From Macrostomum lignano (lineage: Eukaryota), in assembly GCA_002269645.1 (NCBI GenBank), contig NIVC01000054.1, forward strand, positions 1-64,000: a stretch of 64,000 bases of DNA, read 5' to 3'. The position numbers and the translations under genes are program-made. Each line of letters begins with the position of its first letter. Position 1 is the first letter of the stretch. The notes beneath the pieces are model-generated. The model ran no database searches. It was not told the DNA's origin and was given only the letters and a program-made list of their open reading frames with translations. Below, piece after piece: positions 50,815 to 64,000 of the stretch.

Positions 50815-51200
50815 CTGGACCAAATTGATGCTTGTTGGACCAAATTGATGCTTGTTGGACCAAATTGATGCTTGTTGGACCAAATTGATGCTTGTTGGAC
50901 CAAATTGATCCTTGTTGGACCAAATTGATGCTTGTTGGACCAAATTGATGCTTGTTGGACCAAATTGATGCTTGTTGGACCAAATTGATGCTTGTTGGAC
51001 CAAATTGATGCTTGTTGGACCAAATTGATGCTTGTTGGACCAAATTGATGCTTGTTGGACCAAATTGATCCTTGTTGGACCAAATTGATGCTTGTTGGAC
51101 CAAATTAATGCTTGTTGGACCAAATTGATGCTTGTTGGACCAAATTGATGCTTGTTGGACCAAATTGATGCTTGTTGGACCAAATTGATGCTTGTTGGAC
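50815..51200. repeat. 20-bp minisatellite CAAATTGATGCTTGTTGGAC
   Basis: Direct reading. Confidence 0.97.
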
Positions 51201-51936
51201 TAAATTAAATGCCGCTGTGCCAGCCTTGCTACCATAGACAAAAGCTCCATTGCATTGGCAAACGTATCTCGGATTAAATTCAATGCGCGTAAGCCCAAGA
51301 GGGCTGCAAAAAGCTATACGAACTGACATACTTTCATAGCTCTGGTAATTTCTGCACTTTTCGATTAGCAAAGCTGTTCATCGTTTGGATATTAAAAACT
51401 CTCGGTGGTCTTCTCCATAATTCACAAAATTAATTTGAAGCAAAATAGAGCTGGGCACACTGTAGCCCATTGTTAATGCGAATACGCCCAGCCTTATAAT
51501 ATATCAATAATTCAATCAGCACATCGCCGTGGAGGTGGCCCAATATTATAACTGTAAAAATCTGCTATGGATATAATAACTAATCGCTCTGAACCTGCCA
51601 ATCTTAGTTCTGTCTGCCAGGCAGTAGTTAATTCAGTTCTGAAGTCTGAAGCTTTTAAATAGATTGCTAAAACTCTGTTCGCAGTCCTGGCTTCATCAGA
51701 CAGTCTCACCCACAGAATATATTCTGTGGCCTCACCTGAACATTAATTATTCCTCTTCGATGGCATTATTCGAGCCAACTTGGACGGGATAAAAAACTCT
51801 GGCTTCAGCTTAAAAAGCTCGTGTGAAAGATCATTAGTATAGCATTGCTTTGATATTCGCCTGAGCGAAATATTTCTCACGGTAGTTGATCTTTGTTGAA
51901 GGTAACTCATCTGCTACCCCAGCTTCCAGCTTTCAC

Positions 51937-53182
51937 CCAGTTGGTTCCACACTTACCCCAGTTGGTTCCACACTTACCCCAGTTGGTTCCACACTTACCC
52001 CAGTTGGTTCCACACTTACCCCAGTTGGTTCCACACTTACCCCAGTTGGTTCCACACTTACCCCAGTTGGTTCCACACTTACCCCAGTTGGTTCCACACT
52101 TACCCCAGTTGGTTCCACACTTACCCCAGTTAGTTCCACACTTACCCCAGTTGGTTCCACACTTACCCCAGTTGGTTCCACACTTACCCCAGTTAGTTCC
52201 ACACTTACCCCAGTTGGTTCTACACTTACCCCAGTTGGTTCCACACTTACCCCAGTTGGTTCTACACTTACCCGAGTTGGTTCCACACTTACCCCAGTTT
52301 GTTCCACACTTACCCCAGTTGGTTCCACACTTACCCCAGTTGGTTCCACACTTACCCCAGTTGGTTCCACACTTACCCGAGTTGGTTCCACACTTACCCC
52401 AGTTGGTTCCACACTTACCCCAGTTGGTTCCACACTTACCCCAGTTAGTTCCACACTTACCCCAGTTGGTTCTACACTTACCCCAGTTGGTTCCACACTT
52501 ACCCCACTTGGTTCTACACTTACCCCAGTTGGTTCCACACTTACCCCAGTTGGTTCCACACTTACCCCAGTTGGTTCCACACTTACCCCAGTTGGTTCCA
52601 CACTTACCCCAGTTGGTTCCACACTTACCCCAGTTGGTTCTACACTTACCCCAGTTGGTTCCACACTTACCCCAGTTGGTTCCACACTTACCCCAGTTGG
52701 TTCCACACTTACCCCACTTGGTTCTACACTTACCCCAGTTGGTTCCACACTTACCCGAGTTGGTTCCACACTTACCCCAGTTAGTTCCACACTTACCCCA
52801 GTTGGTTCCACACTTACCCGAGTTGGTTCCACACTTACCCGAGTTGGTTCCACACTTACCCCAGTTGGTTCCACACTTACCCCAGTTGGTTTCACACTTA
52901 CCCCAGTTGGTTCCACACTTACCCCAGTTGGTTCCACACTTACCCCAGTTGGTTTCACACTTACCCCAGTTAGTTCCACACTTACCCCAGTTGGTTCCAC
53001 ACTTACCCCAGTTGGTTCCACACTTACCCCAGTTGGTTCTACACTTACCCCAGTTGGTTCCACACTTACCCCAGTTGGTTCCACACTTACCCTAGTTAGT
53101 TCCACACTTACCCCAGTTAGTTCCACACTTACCCCAGTTGGTTCCACACTTCCCCCAGTTGGTTCCACACTTACCCCAGTTG
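51937..53182. repeat. 21-bp minisatellite CCCAGTTGGTTCCACACTTAC (~59 copies; minus strand carries G|GTAAGT)
   Basis: Direct reading. Confidence 0.97.
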
Positions 53183-54199
53183 GGTCCACCGCCCAGAGGA
53201 GTTAGCCAGTGCAGCCAGCTATGCATAATTAATGATGCAGCGCGAAGGAGTCGAATGTCGCCGTTACAGCTTGGCCCGACAAGTGAGGGCCAATTTGTCA
53301 CAAAATTACAATAAAACCGACGTGAATGTCGTAAAGCAGTGCTTTTTTCACCGCATCCGATGACGTGCGCAATAACCAGGCTCCCCGCTGCGCCTCGGGT
53401 TCATTATACTGCTGCATGCGCGCGCCGATACACTTTCCCAAGTCTAGATAGCGGCCTTGCTTTCCCTGAATCATTTTCTCTCTTTCCATTTCTCGGCAAT
53501 CTCCTCCCTCGCTATACTGCAGCTGCATTCCAGCCTGTGTGAAAGTTTTTCTTGTCCAAGCACCAGCTTACTAGTATAGCTTAGCAACAGATTCACCTTC
53601 GCCCTCGGTGAAGGAAGTCAGTTGGCCAGCGGGGTTGGGGGGCAGTCAGTTTATTATCAGCATCAAGTCGGTGGGTCCAGCAGCCTTCCGTATCCCCTCA
53701 GCACTGATTGGTCCCAGCACTGAGAGAGGAGGGAGCGCAGAGAATAGAGACTTTTTCAAGACGAAAATAATTGCATCGCGTGGAGCCCATGCCTCCCATC
53801 CGGTAGCGCACTTCATTCTCGGGTGCTGACAACTGTGTTTGGGAGCATTCCGGAGGCAATAGAAGCTGTGTTATAATTTATCTCAATTGATATTTCTTCT
53901 AATCTCTCTATTGGCCAGTTACTATAATATTAGAGCAGCAGGTGCCTGCTATTCTCTGCATTTGACAGCTTTGCATTGTAAGTGCAAGTGGGTCGGTTGG
54001 ATCCGTTTATGATTTATTACTGTTATTACTACAGCCGTTATTTATCTTGGGAATATTGGGAGCTATTTTCTAGGGAATTGTTTCTCGTGCAATTGTGCAT
54101 CTACTTTATTATGAGTTAAAAGCGTACATTTTAAGGGGGCGCAAGTGTTTGTAAGGCGTTTGGTTTCTGAATTGCTGTTAGTAGTGACTACTAACATCC

Positions 54200-55019
54200 T
54201 GACACTCCAGTATAGGGCTTCTGACAATCCAGTATAGAGCTCCTGACAATCCAGTATAGAGCTCCTGACACTCCAGTAAAGAGCTCCTGATACTCCAGTA
54301 TCGAGCTCCTGACACTCCAGTATAGAGCTCCTGACAATCCAGTATAGAGCTCCTGACACTCCAGTATAGAGCTCCTGACACTCCAGTATAGAGCTCCTGA
54401 CACTCCAGTATAGAGCTCCTGACACTCCAGTACAGAGCTCCTGACACTCCAGTATAGAGCTCCTGACACTCCAGTATAGAGCTCCTGACACTCCAGTATA
54501 GAGCTCCTGACACTCCAGTGTAGAGCTCCTGACACTCCAGTATAGAGCTCCTGACACTCCAGTATAGAGCTCCTGACACTCCAGTATAGAGCTCCTGACA
54601 CTCCAGTATAGAGCTCCTGACACTCCAGTATAGAGCTCCTGATACTCCAGTATAGAGCTCCTGACACTCCAGTATAGAGCTCCTGACACTCCAGTACAGA
54701 GCTCCTGACACTCCAGTATAGAGCTCCTGACACTCCAGTATAGAGCTCCTGACACTCCAGTATAGAGCTCCTGACACTCCAGTACAGAGCTCCTGACACT
54801 CCAGTACAGAGCTCCTGACACTCCAGTACAGAGCTCCTGACACTCCAGTATAGAGCTCCTGACACTCCAGTATAGAGCTCCTGACACTCCAGTATAGAGC
54901 TCCTGACACTCCAGTATAGAGCTCCTGACACTCCAGTATAGAGCTCCTGACACTCCAGTATAGAGCTCCTGACACTCCAGTATAGAGCTCCTGACACTCC
55001 AGTATAGAGCTCCTGACAC
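54200..55019. repeat. 22-bp minisatellite CTGACACTCCAGTATAGAGCTC
   Basis: Direct reading. Confidence 0.97.
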
Positions 55020-55605
55020 CCCTCGAAGGTTCCATCGCCAAGTGCAGTTGGTGCACTCCTTTCGCCCGTAGGAGTTGCGCAAACGGTGCGCGGTCCCCAG
55101 CGCAGGTACCAACGAGCGCAGCAGTAGCAGAATGTGTCGCCTGAATCCCCTCAGCATACAAAATCACTGCAGCAAATGACAGGTTAAACGCCAAAGGCGT
55201 GCTTCCATTCTAGCAACGGCATTTTCCATCTCGCGAACCGAGCAAAATATTTTTTGCCTTAGCTCGTTTGTCAATGTCATGGATTTAGCCAGTGTTTGCC
55301 CAATTGCCCAAGCTCCATCAAGAATGGATCAGCGACCTCCTGCGATCGCTGGGACGCGACGCCCAAAAAAAGTTGCAGAAGACAGAATTTAAAAGCAATT
55401 CATCCAGCAGCTTTTATCGATTACTTTTTTGAACGTCAAGTTGAAAACGGATTAGCGAGTTTTAAGTTGAGAAATTTATTGATTGATCTCAGGGTCTCAA
55501 TAAGAAACTCGAGCGTAAACAGTAAGATGGCCTGAACTTGTAGATAAATGGAAGAGGACATCAGCGAGCCTGCTTCTGAGAACGGTAACATTGCATTAAG
55601 GGTAA

Positions 55606-56215
55606 CATGCAATGACTCAAACTGTCTATGATCTAATGACTGAACTTATGATGTAATGACTCAAACTGAACTTATGATGTAATGACTCAAACTGAACTTA
55701 TGATGTAATGACTCAAACTGAACTTATGATGTAATTACTCAAACTGTCTATTGTGTAATGACTCAAACTGTCTATGGTGTAATGACTCAAACTGTCTATG
55801 ATCTAATGACTGAACTTATGATGTAATGAATCAAACTGTCTATTGTGTAATGACTCAAACCGTCTATGTTGTAATGAATCAAACTTTCTATTATGTCATC
55901 ATTCAAAATGTCTAGGATATATTACTCAAATTGTCTATGGTGTAATGACTCAAAATGTCTATGGTGTAATGACTCAAAGTGTCTATGGTGTAATGACTCA
56001 AAATGTCTATAGTGTAATGACTCAAAATGTCTATAGTGTAATGACTCAAACTGTCTATGGTGTAATGACTCAAAATGTCTATGGTGTAATGACTCAAAAT
56101 GTCTATGGTGTATTGACTTTAACTGTCAATGTTGCAATGACTTGAACTTTCTATGATCTATGACTCAAAATGTCTATGATGCAATGATTCAAAATGCCTA
56201 TGATGTAATGAGTCA
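55606..56215. repeat. 24-bp minisatellite ATGGTGTAATGACTCAAAATGTCT
   Basis: Direct reading. Confidence 0.92.
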
Positions 56216-56407
56216 AACCATCAAACGCGCCGATGCATACCACGCGCATATCGATAGAATGTGTAATAAAACATTTATTTCGAACCACAGCAGTTTTGTT
56301 TACAAGAAACCTGCGCAGCTTATAATACTGGCCGCAGTCAAAACAGCCTACTTCAAGTAGGTGACAGACAATCGTTTCCCATCGCAGACGCCGCGGCGCC
56401 AGCCGAC

Positions 56408-56648
56408 ATGGCGCACTTCATGTCGCACCAGCGCGGTCGGGCAGCCCAGCAGAAGTCACCGTCGCGCAGCTTCCTGGCCGGGCCACCGCCGCTGCCGCCG
56501 CCGCCGGCAGAGCCAACAATGCGACGCCACGTGTCGCCGCCGCCGACTTCGGCCCAGGCTGCCAAGCGGGAGCTCACGGAGTCCACGGTGAAGAGGCCGG
56601 AGACTGCAAGTGTTGCAATGACCGTGAGGATATTCGAGAACGCCAACG
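56408..56648 (+). CDS. Shaw: Shaw/Kv3 channel candidate exon 1 (MAHFMSHQRGRAAQQKSPSRSFLAGPPPLPPPP...VRIFENAN)
   Basis: gacATGG start, GC3-rich, G|gtgaga phase-1 donor compatible with the T1 exon acceptor. Confidence 0.65.
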
Positions 56649-56741
56649 GTGAGAGTAGAGAAGCTTATTTTCCATTTTCCTTTATGAGTTCTTACCTTAT
56701 AAGGTATCTGAGATTTATATGGTAGCAGAAGTAGCAGAAGT

Positions 56742-57175
56742 GGAGTAGAGTAGATTTGAGTGGAGTAGAGTAGATTTGAGTGGAGTAGAGTAGATTTGAG
56801 TGGAGTAGAGTAGAGTAGAGTAGAGTAGAGTAGAGTAAAGAAGAGTATAGTAGAGTAGATTAGATTAGAGTAGAGTAGAGTAGAGTAGAGTAGAGTAGAG
56901 TAGAGTAGAGTAGAGTAGAGTAGAGTAGAGTAGAGTAGAGTAGAGTAGAGTGAAGAAGAGTAGAGTAGAGTAGAGTAGAGTAGAGTAGAGTAGAGTAGAG
57001 TGAAGAAGAGTAGAGTAGAGTAGAGTAGAGTAGAGTAGAGTAGAGTAGAATAGAGTAGAGTAGATTAGATTAGAGTAGAATAGAGTAGAGTAGATTAGAT
57101 TAGAGTAGAGTAGAGTAGAGTAGAGTAGAGTAGAGTAGAGTAGAGAAAGTGGAGTAGAGTAGAGTAGAGTAGAGC
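56742..57175. repeat. (AGAGT)n pentamer array
   Basis: Direct reading. Confidence 0.95.
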
Positions 57176-57768
57176 GAGTGGAATAAACTATTCTTCGAGA
57201 AGAAATGCATAAGACCGCATGCAAAGATAAAACTGCGCCAAAGACAAAGTTGTGCCTGCCAGGTTCAAGGCCAAAATGCAAAGAAATTCACTCGCTACAC
57301 TGGGATTTTAGTATGGCCCCCAAAGTGTCTTTGGACCGTCTTCAATGTCTCGCACAGAAAGGAATAATGCTAATTGACAAAGAGCATTTGGCATGCCTTG
57401 CTGCTCTGCTAGGGCTTAACAAGAGATCCTCCTAGCTAAAAATATCCCCTATAAGCAATACTGGCAGAAAGCGTGAGGAAATTTTCCTCTTCGAGTGTGG
57501 CCACTTTGCCCCCCCCCTGGAAGGAGCTTCTGTGCGCAGATTCTGGCGAACGGGGGCGGCCGCGACCTTTACTGGCCAGCAGCCTGCCGGGCCCCGCATC
57601 AAACTTGCCATCATTTGCTTTCGCTACTGCTTGCTGCTGCCAGCGTGTTCCATTTTTTCCGCTTCAGCTTTTGCACTTTTACTGATTTCGGCTGAATCGC
57701 AGGTCTGGGCCAGCTTGATAGGTCCTCCTGCCTACCTCTCCCACTCTACATCACTCTTTAGCGCATAA

Positions 57769-59393
<1,625 letters not shown>

Positions 59394-59892
59394 TAGAGAG
59401 AGCGGTAAAGAACATCGAAGGCCAGAGGCTCATAGCGACGCGCTGCGCAGAAGTGGCGAGCCTTCATTTTTCAACATCAGACGCTTCCGGTTCCGCGCGG
59501 GCTCCTGGCAGGGGGTGGAAGGGGATGATGGAGAGAGGCGAGGGGGAAAACTCCGTGTCGGGAAAACAAAGCCCCCTCTGAATTGACTGACGAGGAACGG
59601 CCGCTCTTGTCAACGGGGCTCGGCAGCGCACTGATTTCCGTGGTTGAAGGGCTGGGGGCTGCGGACATTCATTATTTAATAAGGTCTGCCGAGGCACCTT
59701 CAGCTCCAGGCGCTGCAGCCCGCAGTTCTGCGATCCCCAATCTCCCCGTCCGTGGCTTTGCAACAGTTTATCAATTTCACTGATAAGAGATTAGCCAACA
59801 GATTGAAGCTGCAGAGTCGCGCACCGCTCTGGGCCGGGGCTCTCATTGGATATGTCTTGTTGCAGCGGCTAATCCTTCTTCGCGTGTGCATG

Positions 59893-60750
59893 GGCTCGGG
59901 ACTCGGGACTCGGGACTCGGGACTCGGGACTCGGGACTCGGGACTCGGGACTCGGGACTCGGGACTCGGGACTCGGGACTCGGGACTCGGGACTCGGGAC
60001 TCGGGACTCGGGACTCGGGACTCGGGACTCGGGACTCGGGACTCGGGACTCGGGACTCGGGACTCGGGACTCGGGACTCGGGACTCGGGACTCGGGACTC
60101 GGGACTCGGGACTCGGGACTCGGGACTCGGGACTCGGGACTCGGGACTCGGGACTCGGGACTCGGGACTCGGGACTCGGGACTCGGGACTCGGGACTCGG
60201 GACTCGGGACTCGGGACTCGGGACTCGGGACTCGGGACTCGGGACTCGGGACTCGGGACTCGGGACTCGGGACTTGGGACTCGGGACTCGGGACTCGGGA
60301 CTCGAGACTCGGGACTCGGGACTCGGGACTCGGGACTCGGGACTCGGGACTCGGGACTCGGGACTCGGGACTCGGGACTCGGGACTCGGGACTCGGGACT
60401 CGGGACTCGGGACACGGGACTCGGGACTCGGGACTCGGGACTCGGGACACGGGACTCGGGACTCGGGACTCGGGACTCGGGACTCGGGACTCGAGAATCG
60501 GGACTCGGGACTCGGGACTCGGGACTCGGGACTCGGGACTTGGGACTCGGGACTCGGGACTCGGGACTCGGGACTCGGGACTCGGGACTCGGGACTCGGG
60601 ACACGGGACTCGGGACTCGGGACTCGGGACTCGGGACACGGGACTCGGGACTCGGGACTCGGGACTCGGGACTCGGGACTCGAGAATCGGGACTCGGGAC
60701 TCGGGACTCGGGACTCGGGACTCGGGACTCGGGACTCGGGACTCGGGACT
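59893..60750. repeat. 7-bp G-rich array (GGGACTC)n
   Basis: Direct reading. Confidence 0.97.
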
Positions 60751-61223
60751 CAAAAAATTAGGATTTAGGACTCGGGACTTGGGATACAGGCCTCGAGAAT
60801 CAGGACTCAGGATTCGGGACTCTAACCGCCTGAGATTTAGCGGATGCCCCTAATTTACTTTGGGAAGCGCGCAAAGCCAGAAGCATCCAACCAACCCCCG
60901 CATCATGGGGAAGTCGGAGAATCCCCTCTGCAAATGCGAACCCCGGAACCTCTGTATCTGGCTGGCAAGAGCCGCCATTTGCATTCATTCATTTAGGAGC
61001 GGCTGCAGTTTATTCCACATCCACTGCACTGACTGACTGGCCGACTTTCTCCCCCTATCCCTACCGCTTCTGAAGGGCTCGATAGCACTTACCGGCTTTA
61101 AACGGCTTTTCTTTCTTAAATTGACCCCCCTCTTTTGCACCTGAAAAGAGACCGCAAACTTTTTCCTTTGCTGACCATTAGCCATCGAAAGGAGGTCGAC
61201 TTCTCCGGTCGGTGCCCCTCCAG

Positions 61224-61943
61224 CCTCCGAAGGGATGCCACGGCAGAAGCAGCAGGGCCTGAGCGACTCCAATACCCAGCCGCCGCTCCTGCCGCCACCG
61301 CCTCCCCCGGCTCCGCCGCCACCGCCGTCGCAAACTCAGCGGCCTTCGCCGTCGCCTTCGCCCTCGCCGCCGCCTCCGCCGCCGCCCCAGCAGCAGCCGA
61401 AGCTGCAGCCGCACCATCTGGAAGACATCTGCGAAGCCGCGGCCAACATGCACTTCATTGACGATGGCTCGCTCGACGAGCTCATGGCCGACATCGAGGA
61501 CGCTGACGTCCTGAGCCTCATTCGCGTCAACGTCGGCGGCAGACGCTTCGAGGTGCTCAAATCGACGCTGATGCGGCAGCACTTCATCTACGAAAAGCTG
61601 CTGCACGACGGCGTGTACAGGGCGGGCCAGGAGGAATACTTCTTCGACCGCGACCCCACCGTGTTCAACATCGTGCTGTGGTACTGCCGCTACGGCGAGC
61701 TGCACGTGCCCCACCACCTGTGCGGCCCGCTGCTGGAGCGGGAGCTTGCCCTCTGGGGCATCCAGCCGGCTATTGAGATTCAGAACTGCTGCGTGAGCCA
61801 CCTGATGGACACTAAAAGCCGATTAATCAGTCTGAAGCAGTTTGAGAACTTCTTCAAAGAGGAGATGGAAACGGAGCCGGTGGTGCCGCTGGACTGCATA
61901 GAGAACGACGATTTTGGCGGTCCGACATCCAACAGCTCCAAGG
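61224..61943 (+). CDS. Shaw: Shaw/Kv3 channel exon 2: poly-Pro linker plus T1 tetramerisation domain
   Basis: VNVGG..F, EYFFDRDP, ELH.....CGPL...EL..WGI......CC (Kv3-type Zn motif); ctccag / G|gtgaga. Confidence 0.93.
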
Positions 61944-61977
61944 GTGAGAATTTCGGGCACGGAGCACAGGGGGATGG

Positions 61978-62464
61978 CCAGGGACTAGCGATGAGTCGGA
62001 TCCCTCAGGGACTAGCAATGAGTCGGCTCCCTCAGGGACTAGCAATGAGTCGGATCCCTCAGGGACTAGCGATGAGTCGTATCCCTCAGGGACTAGCAAT
62101 GAGTCGACTCCCTCAGGGACTAGCGATGAGTCGGATCCCTCAGGGACTAGCGATGAGTCGGATCCCTCAGGGACTAGCGATGAGTCGTATCCCTCAGGGA
62201 CTAGCGATGAGTCGGATCCCTCAGGGACTAGCGATGAGTCGGATCCCTCAGGGACTAGCAATGAGTCGGCTCCCTCAGGGACTAGCAATGAGTCGACTCC
62301 CTCAGGGACTAGCGATGAGTCGGATCCCTCAGGGACTAGCGATGAGTCGGATCCCTCAGGGACTAGCGATGAGTCGTATCCCTCAGGGACTAGCGATGAG
62401 TCGGATCCCTCAGGGACTAGCGATGAGTCGGATCCCTCAGGGACTAGCGATGAGTCGACTCCCT
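61978..62464. repeat. 27-bp minisatellite CAGGGACTAGCGATGAGTCGGATCCCT in Kv intron 2
   Basis: Direct reading. Confidence 0.97.
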
Positions 62465-62677
62465 CCTTGAAATGGCGCTGGAAGTTCCATTTAAGCAAGG
62501 GGCTCAGCGGTAAACTTACGACCCTGGTTCGACCCCGTGTCCGGCCACATTAATTTGGGACTTGTGCTCAATGGCCTCAGGCAACTCACACCCTCTAGGG
62601 CCAACCCCAAGGCACAGAGGATGAGAAAGGCGGGGCTGCTGTACATCCAACTCACCGAGGCAGTTCAACACCCTCAG

Positions 62678-63225
62678 GCTGGCAGAGAGTCAAAGCTTTC
62701 TTGGCCTCGCTGCGTCGGCGCTGCTGGAAGATTCTCGACCATCCGTCGTCGGGCTTCCCGGCGACCGTGTACGCGGTGCTTCTGACCATCACGGTTCTGT
62801 ACGCGGTGTTCAGCTTCGTCGCAAGCACGTCGGAGCAGTTCCAGCGGCTGCTGACCCAGCGAGAGATCCAGTTCTACTCCAACAAGCACCCCTCCTGGTA
62901 CGGCAACCACACGGACGCGCAGACCCGGATCAAAGCCGATTGGCTGGTCTTCTCCGACTGGTTCGCCTTCGGCGTGCTCACCTTCGACTTCCTGGTGCGT
63001 CTGCTGTGCTGCAAGAACAAGCTGGCCTACTTCAAGAACGCCTACACCGTGATCGACCTGCTCTCCATCCTTCCGTTCTACGTGAACGAGCTGCTGAAGC
63101 TCACCTGGGGCATCATCGAATTCTCCGAGCCTAACAGCTTCGGGGTGACTGAGTACATCGCCTTCCTGAAGATCTCGCTGTTCGTCAGGCTGCTCAGAAT
63201 CGGTCGGCACTATCGAGGACTGCAG
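62678..63225 (+). CDS. Shaw: Shaw/Kv3 channel exon 3: S1-S4
   Basis: WKILDHPSS, DFLVR (S2), IDLLSILPFY (S3), FVRLLRIGRH (S4); cctcag / CAG|gtgcgt. Confidence 0.93.
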
Positions 63226-63640
63226 GTGCGTCTGCTCTGCCATGTACCTTGAAAACGGTTTGTTTCTAATCGTTGTGACTCTCACTGTAAGATTCTCAGT
63301 GGGCATTGTGATGCTTTTTCAAGCATAACTTTCGACTGGGGAATGACCAAAATGTGCCTCTTCAAAATGGCAACAAAGTTGAGATGGCAGCTGCTTCCGT
63401 TTTTGTTCTGAGATTAAAAAATGTCAGAACTTCCCGGACAGCCCCTTGCACCATTGAGCCTTTCATCAGCTGCTGTGGAAAAGTTTTAGAAGGACACGCA
63501 AATCAATTTTCTCTGTTTCCAGTCTTCAATCCAAACCAGTACAAAAGCTTCCCAAGGAGCCAAAAATCACAGGCACTTCATCAACTCTTTGTAATTGATT
63601 GTTCTTTTACTAATCTTCTCTGACCCTCCCGCCCGCGCAG

Positions 63641-63935
63641 GTGCTCATCTACACGTTGAAAACGTCGCTCCGCGACCTCATGCTTATGGGCGTGTTCGTG
63701 GCGCTCGGCACCCTGCTGTTCAGCACGCTGATCTTCTTCTGCGAGAAGTCGCGCAGCGGCGGCGAGACGCACCTGGCCCCGACAGCGCCGCCCGACAAGA
63801 AAAAAGTCGACTGCTCAAAGTGTCAGAAAGGTGACACCGATTCGAAGTTCAACTCCATGTTCGACGGCTTCTGGTGGTCGCTGGTTACTATGACAACTGT
63901 TGGATACGGAGACCTGGTGCCGCAGACCAGCTCAG
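63641..63935 (+). CDS. Shaw: Shaw/Kv3 channel exon 4: S4-S5 linker, S5, turret, pore (FWWSLVTMTTVGYGDLVPQT); gene continues past the window
   Basis: K+ filter TTVGYGD; cgcgcag acceptor; 3' boundary (G|gtcggg) less certain. Confidence 0.92.
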
Positions 63936-64000
63936 GTCGGGCTCTGAGACCTTCTGTTTTTATAAGAAACTAATCCGCTACCTAGATTAGCGGTCCACTT

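Larger units (their letters stand above)
49336..55166 (-). other. Possible uncharacterised multi-exon gene (exon-like islands between arrays)
   Basis: AG/GT-bounded open segments 55020-55166, 53175-53443, 51595-51735, 51233-51303, 50615-50793, 50093-50224, 49336-49413; mostly phase-compatible, no recognisable homology. Confidence 0.25.

Overview
Eukaryotic nuclear DNA, most likely from a free-living flatworm of the Macrostomum type. This is inferred from a platyhelminth-type tropomyosin N-terminus, GC3-rich exons and introns filled with private minisatellites. Supported content: (1) A minus-strand tropomyosin gene (about 502-9791, 3' exons outside the window) with two first exons and two interleaved, equal-length (328 nt), phase-incompatible exon chains for residues ~125-234. 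(2) A minus-strand PDE2-type cGMP-stimulated phosphodiesterase gene (12793 to at least 35271, probably ~45679; about 22-24 exons traced with GT-AG sites and phases). (3) A eukaryote-type tRNA-Ile with the unusual anticodon GAT (48751-48824, minus). (4) A plus-strand Shaw/Kv3-family K+ channel (56408 to beyond 63935) with an intact TVGYG filter but an atypical voltage sensor. (5) About 45 distinct tandem arrays, several apparently nucleated at splice sites; one is ~59 tandem copies of a perfect G|GTAAGT donor. There is also a weakly supported unknown minus-strand gene at 49.3-55.2 kb. Five single-base indels in exons suggest long-read errors or a decaying duplicate. Almost all long ORFs in the supplied track are repeat artefacts. 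All homology calls are by-eye comparison with remembered sequences, not database searches, and array boundaries are approximate.
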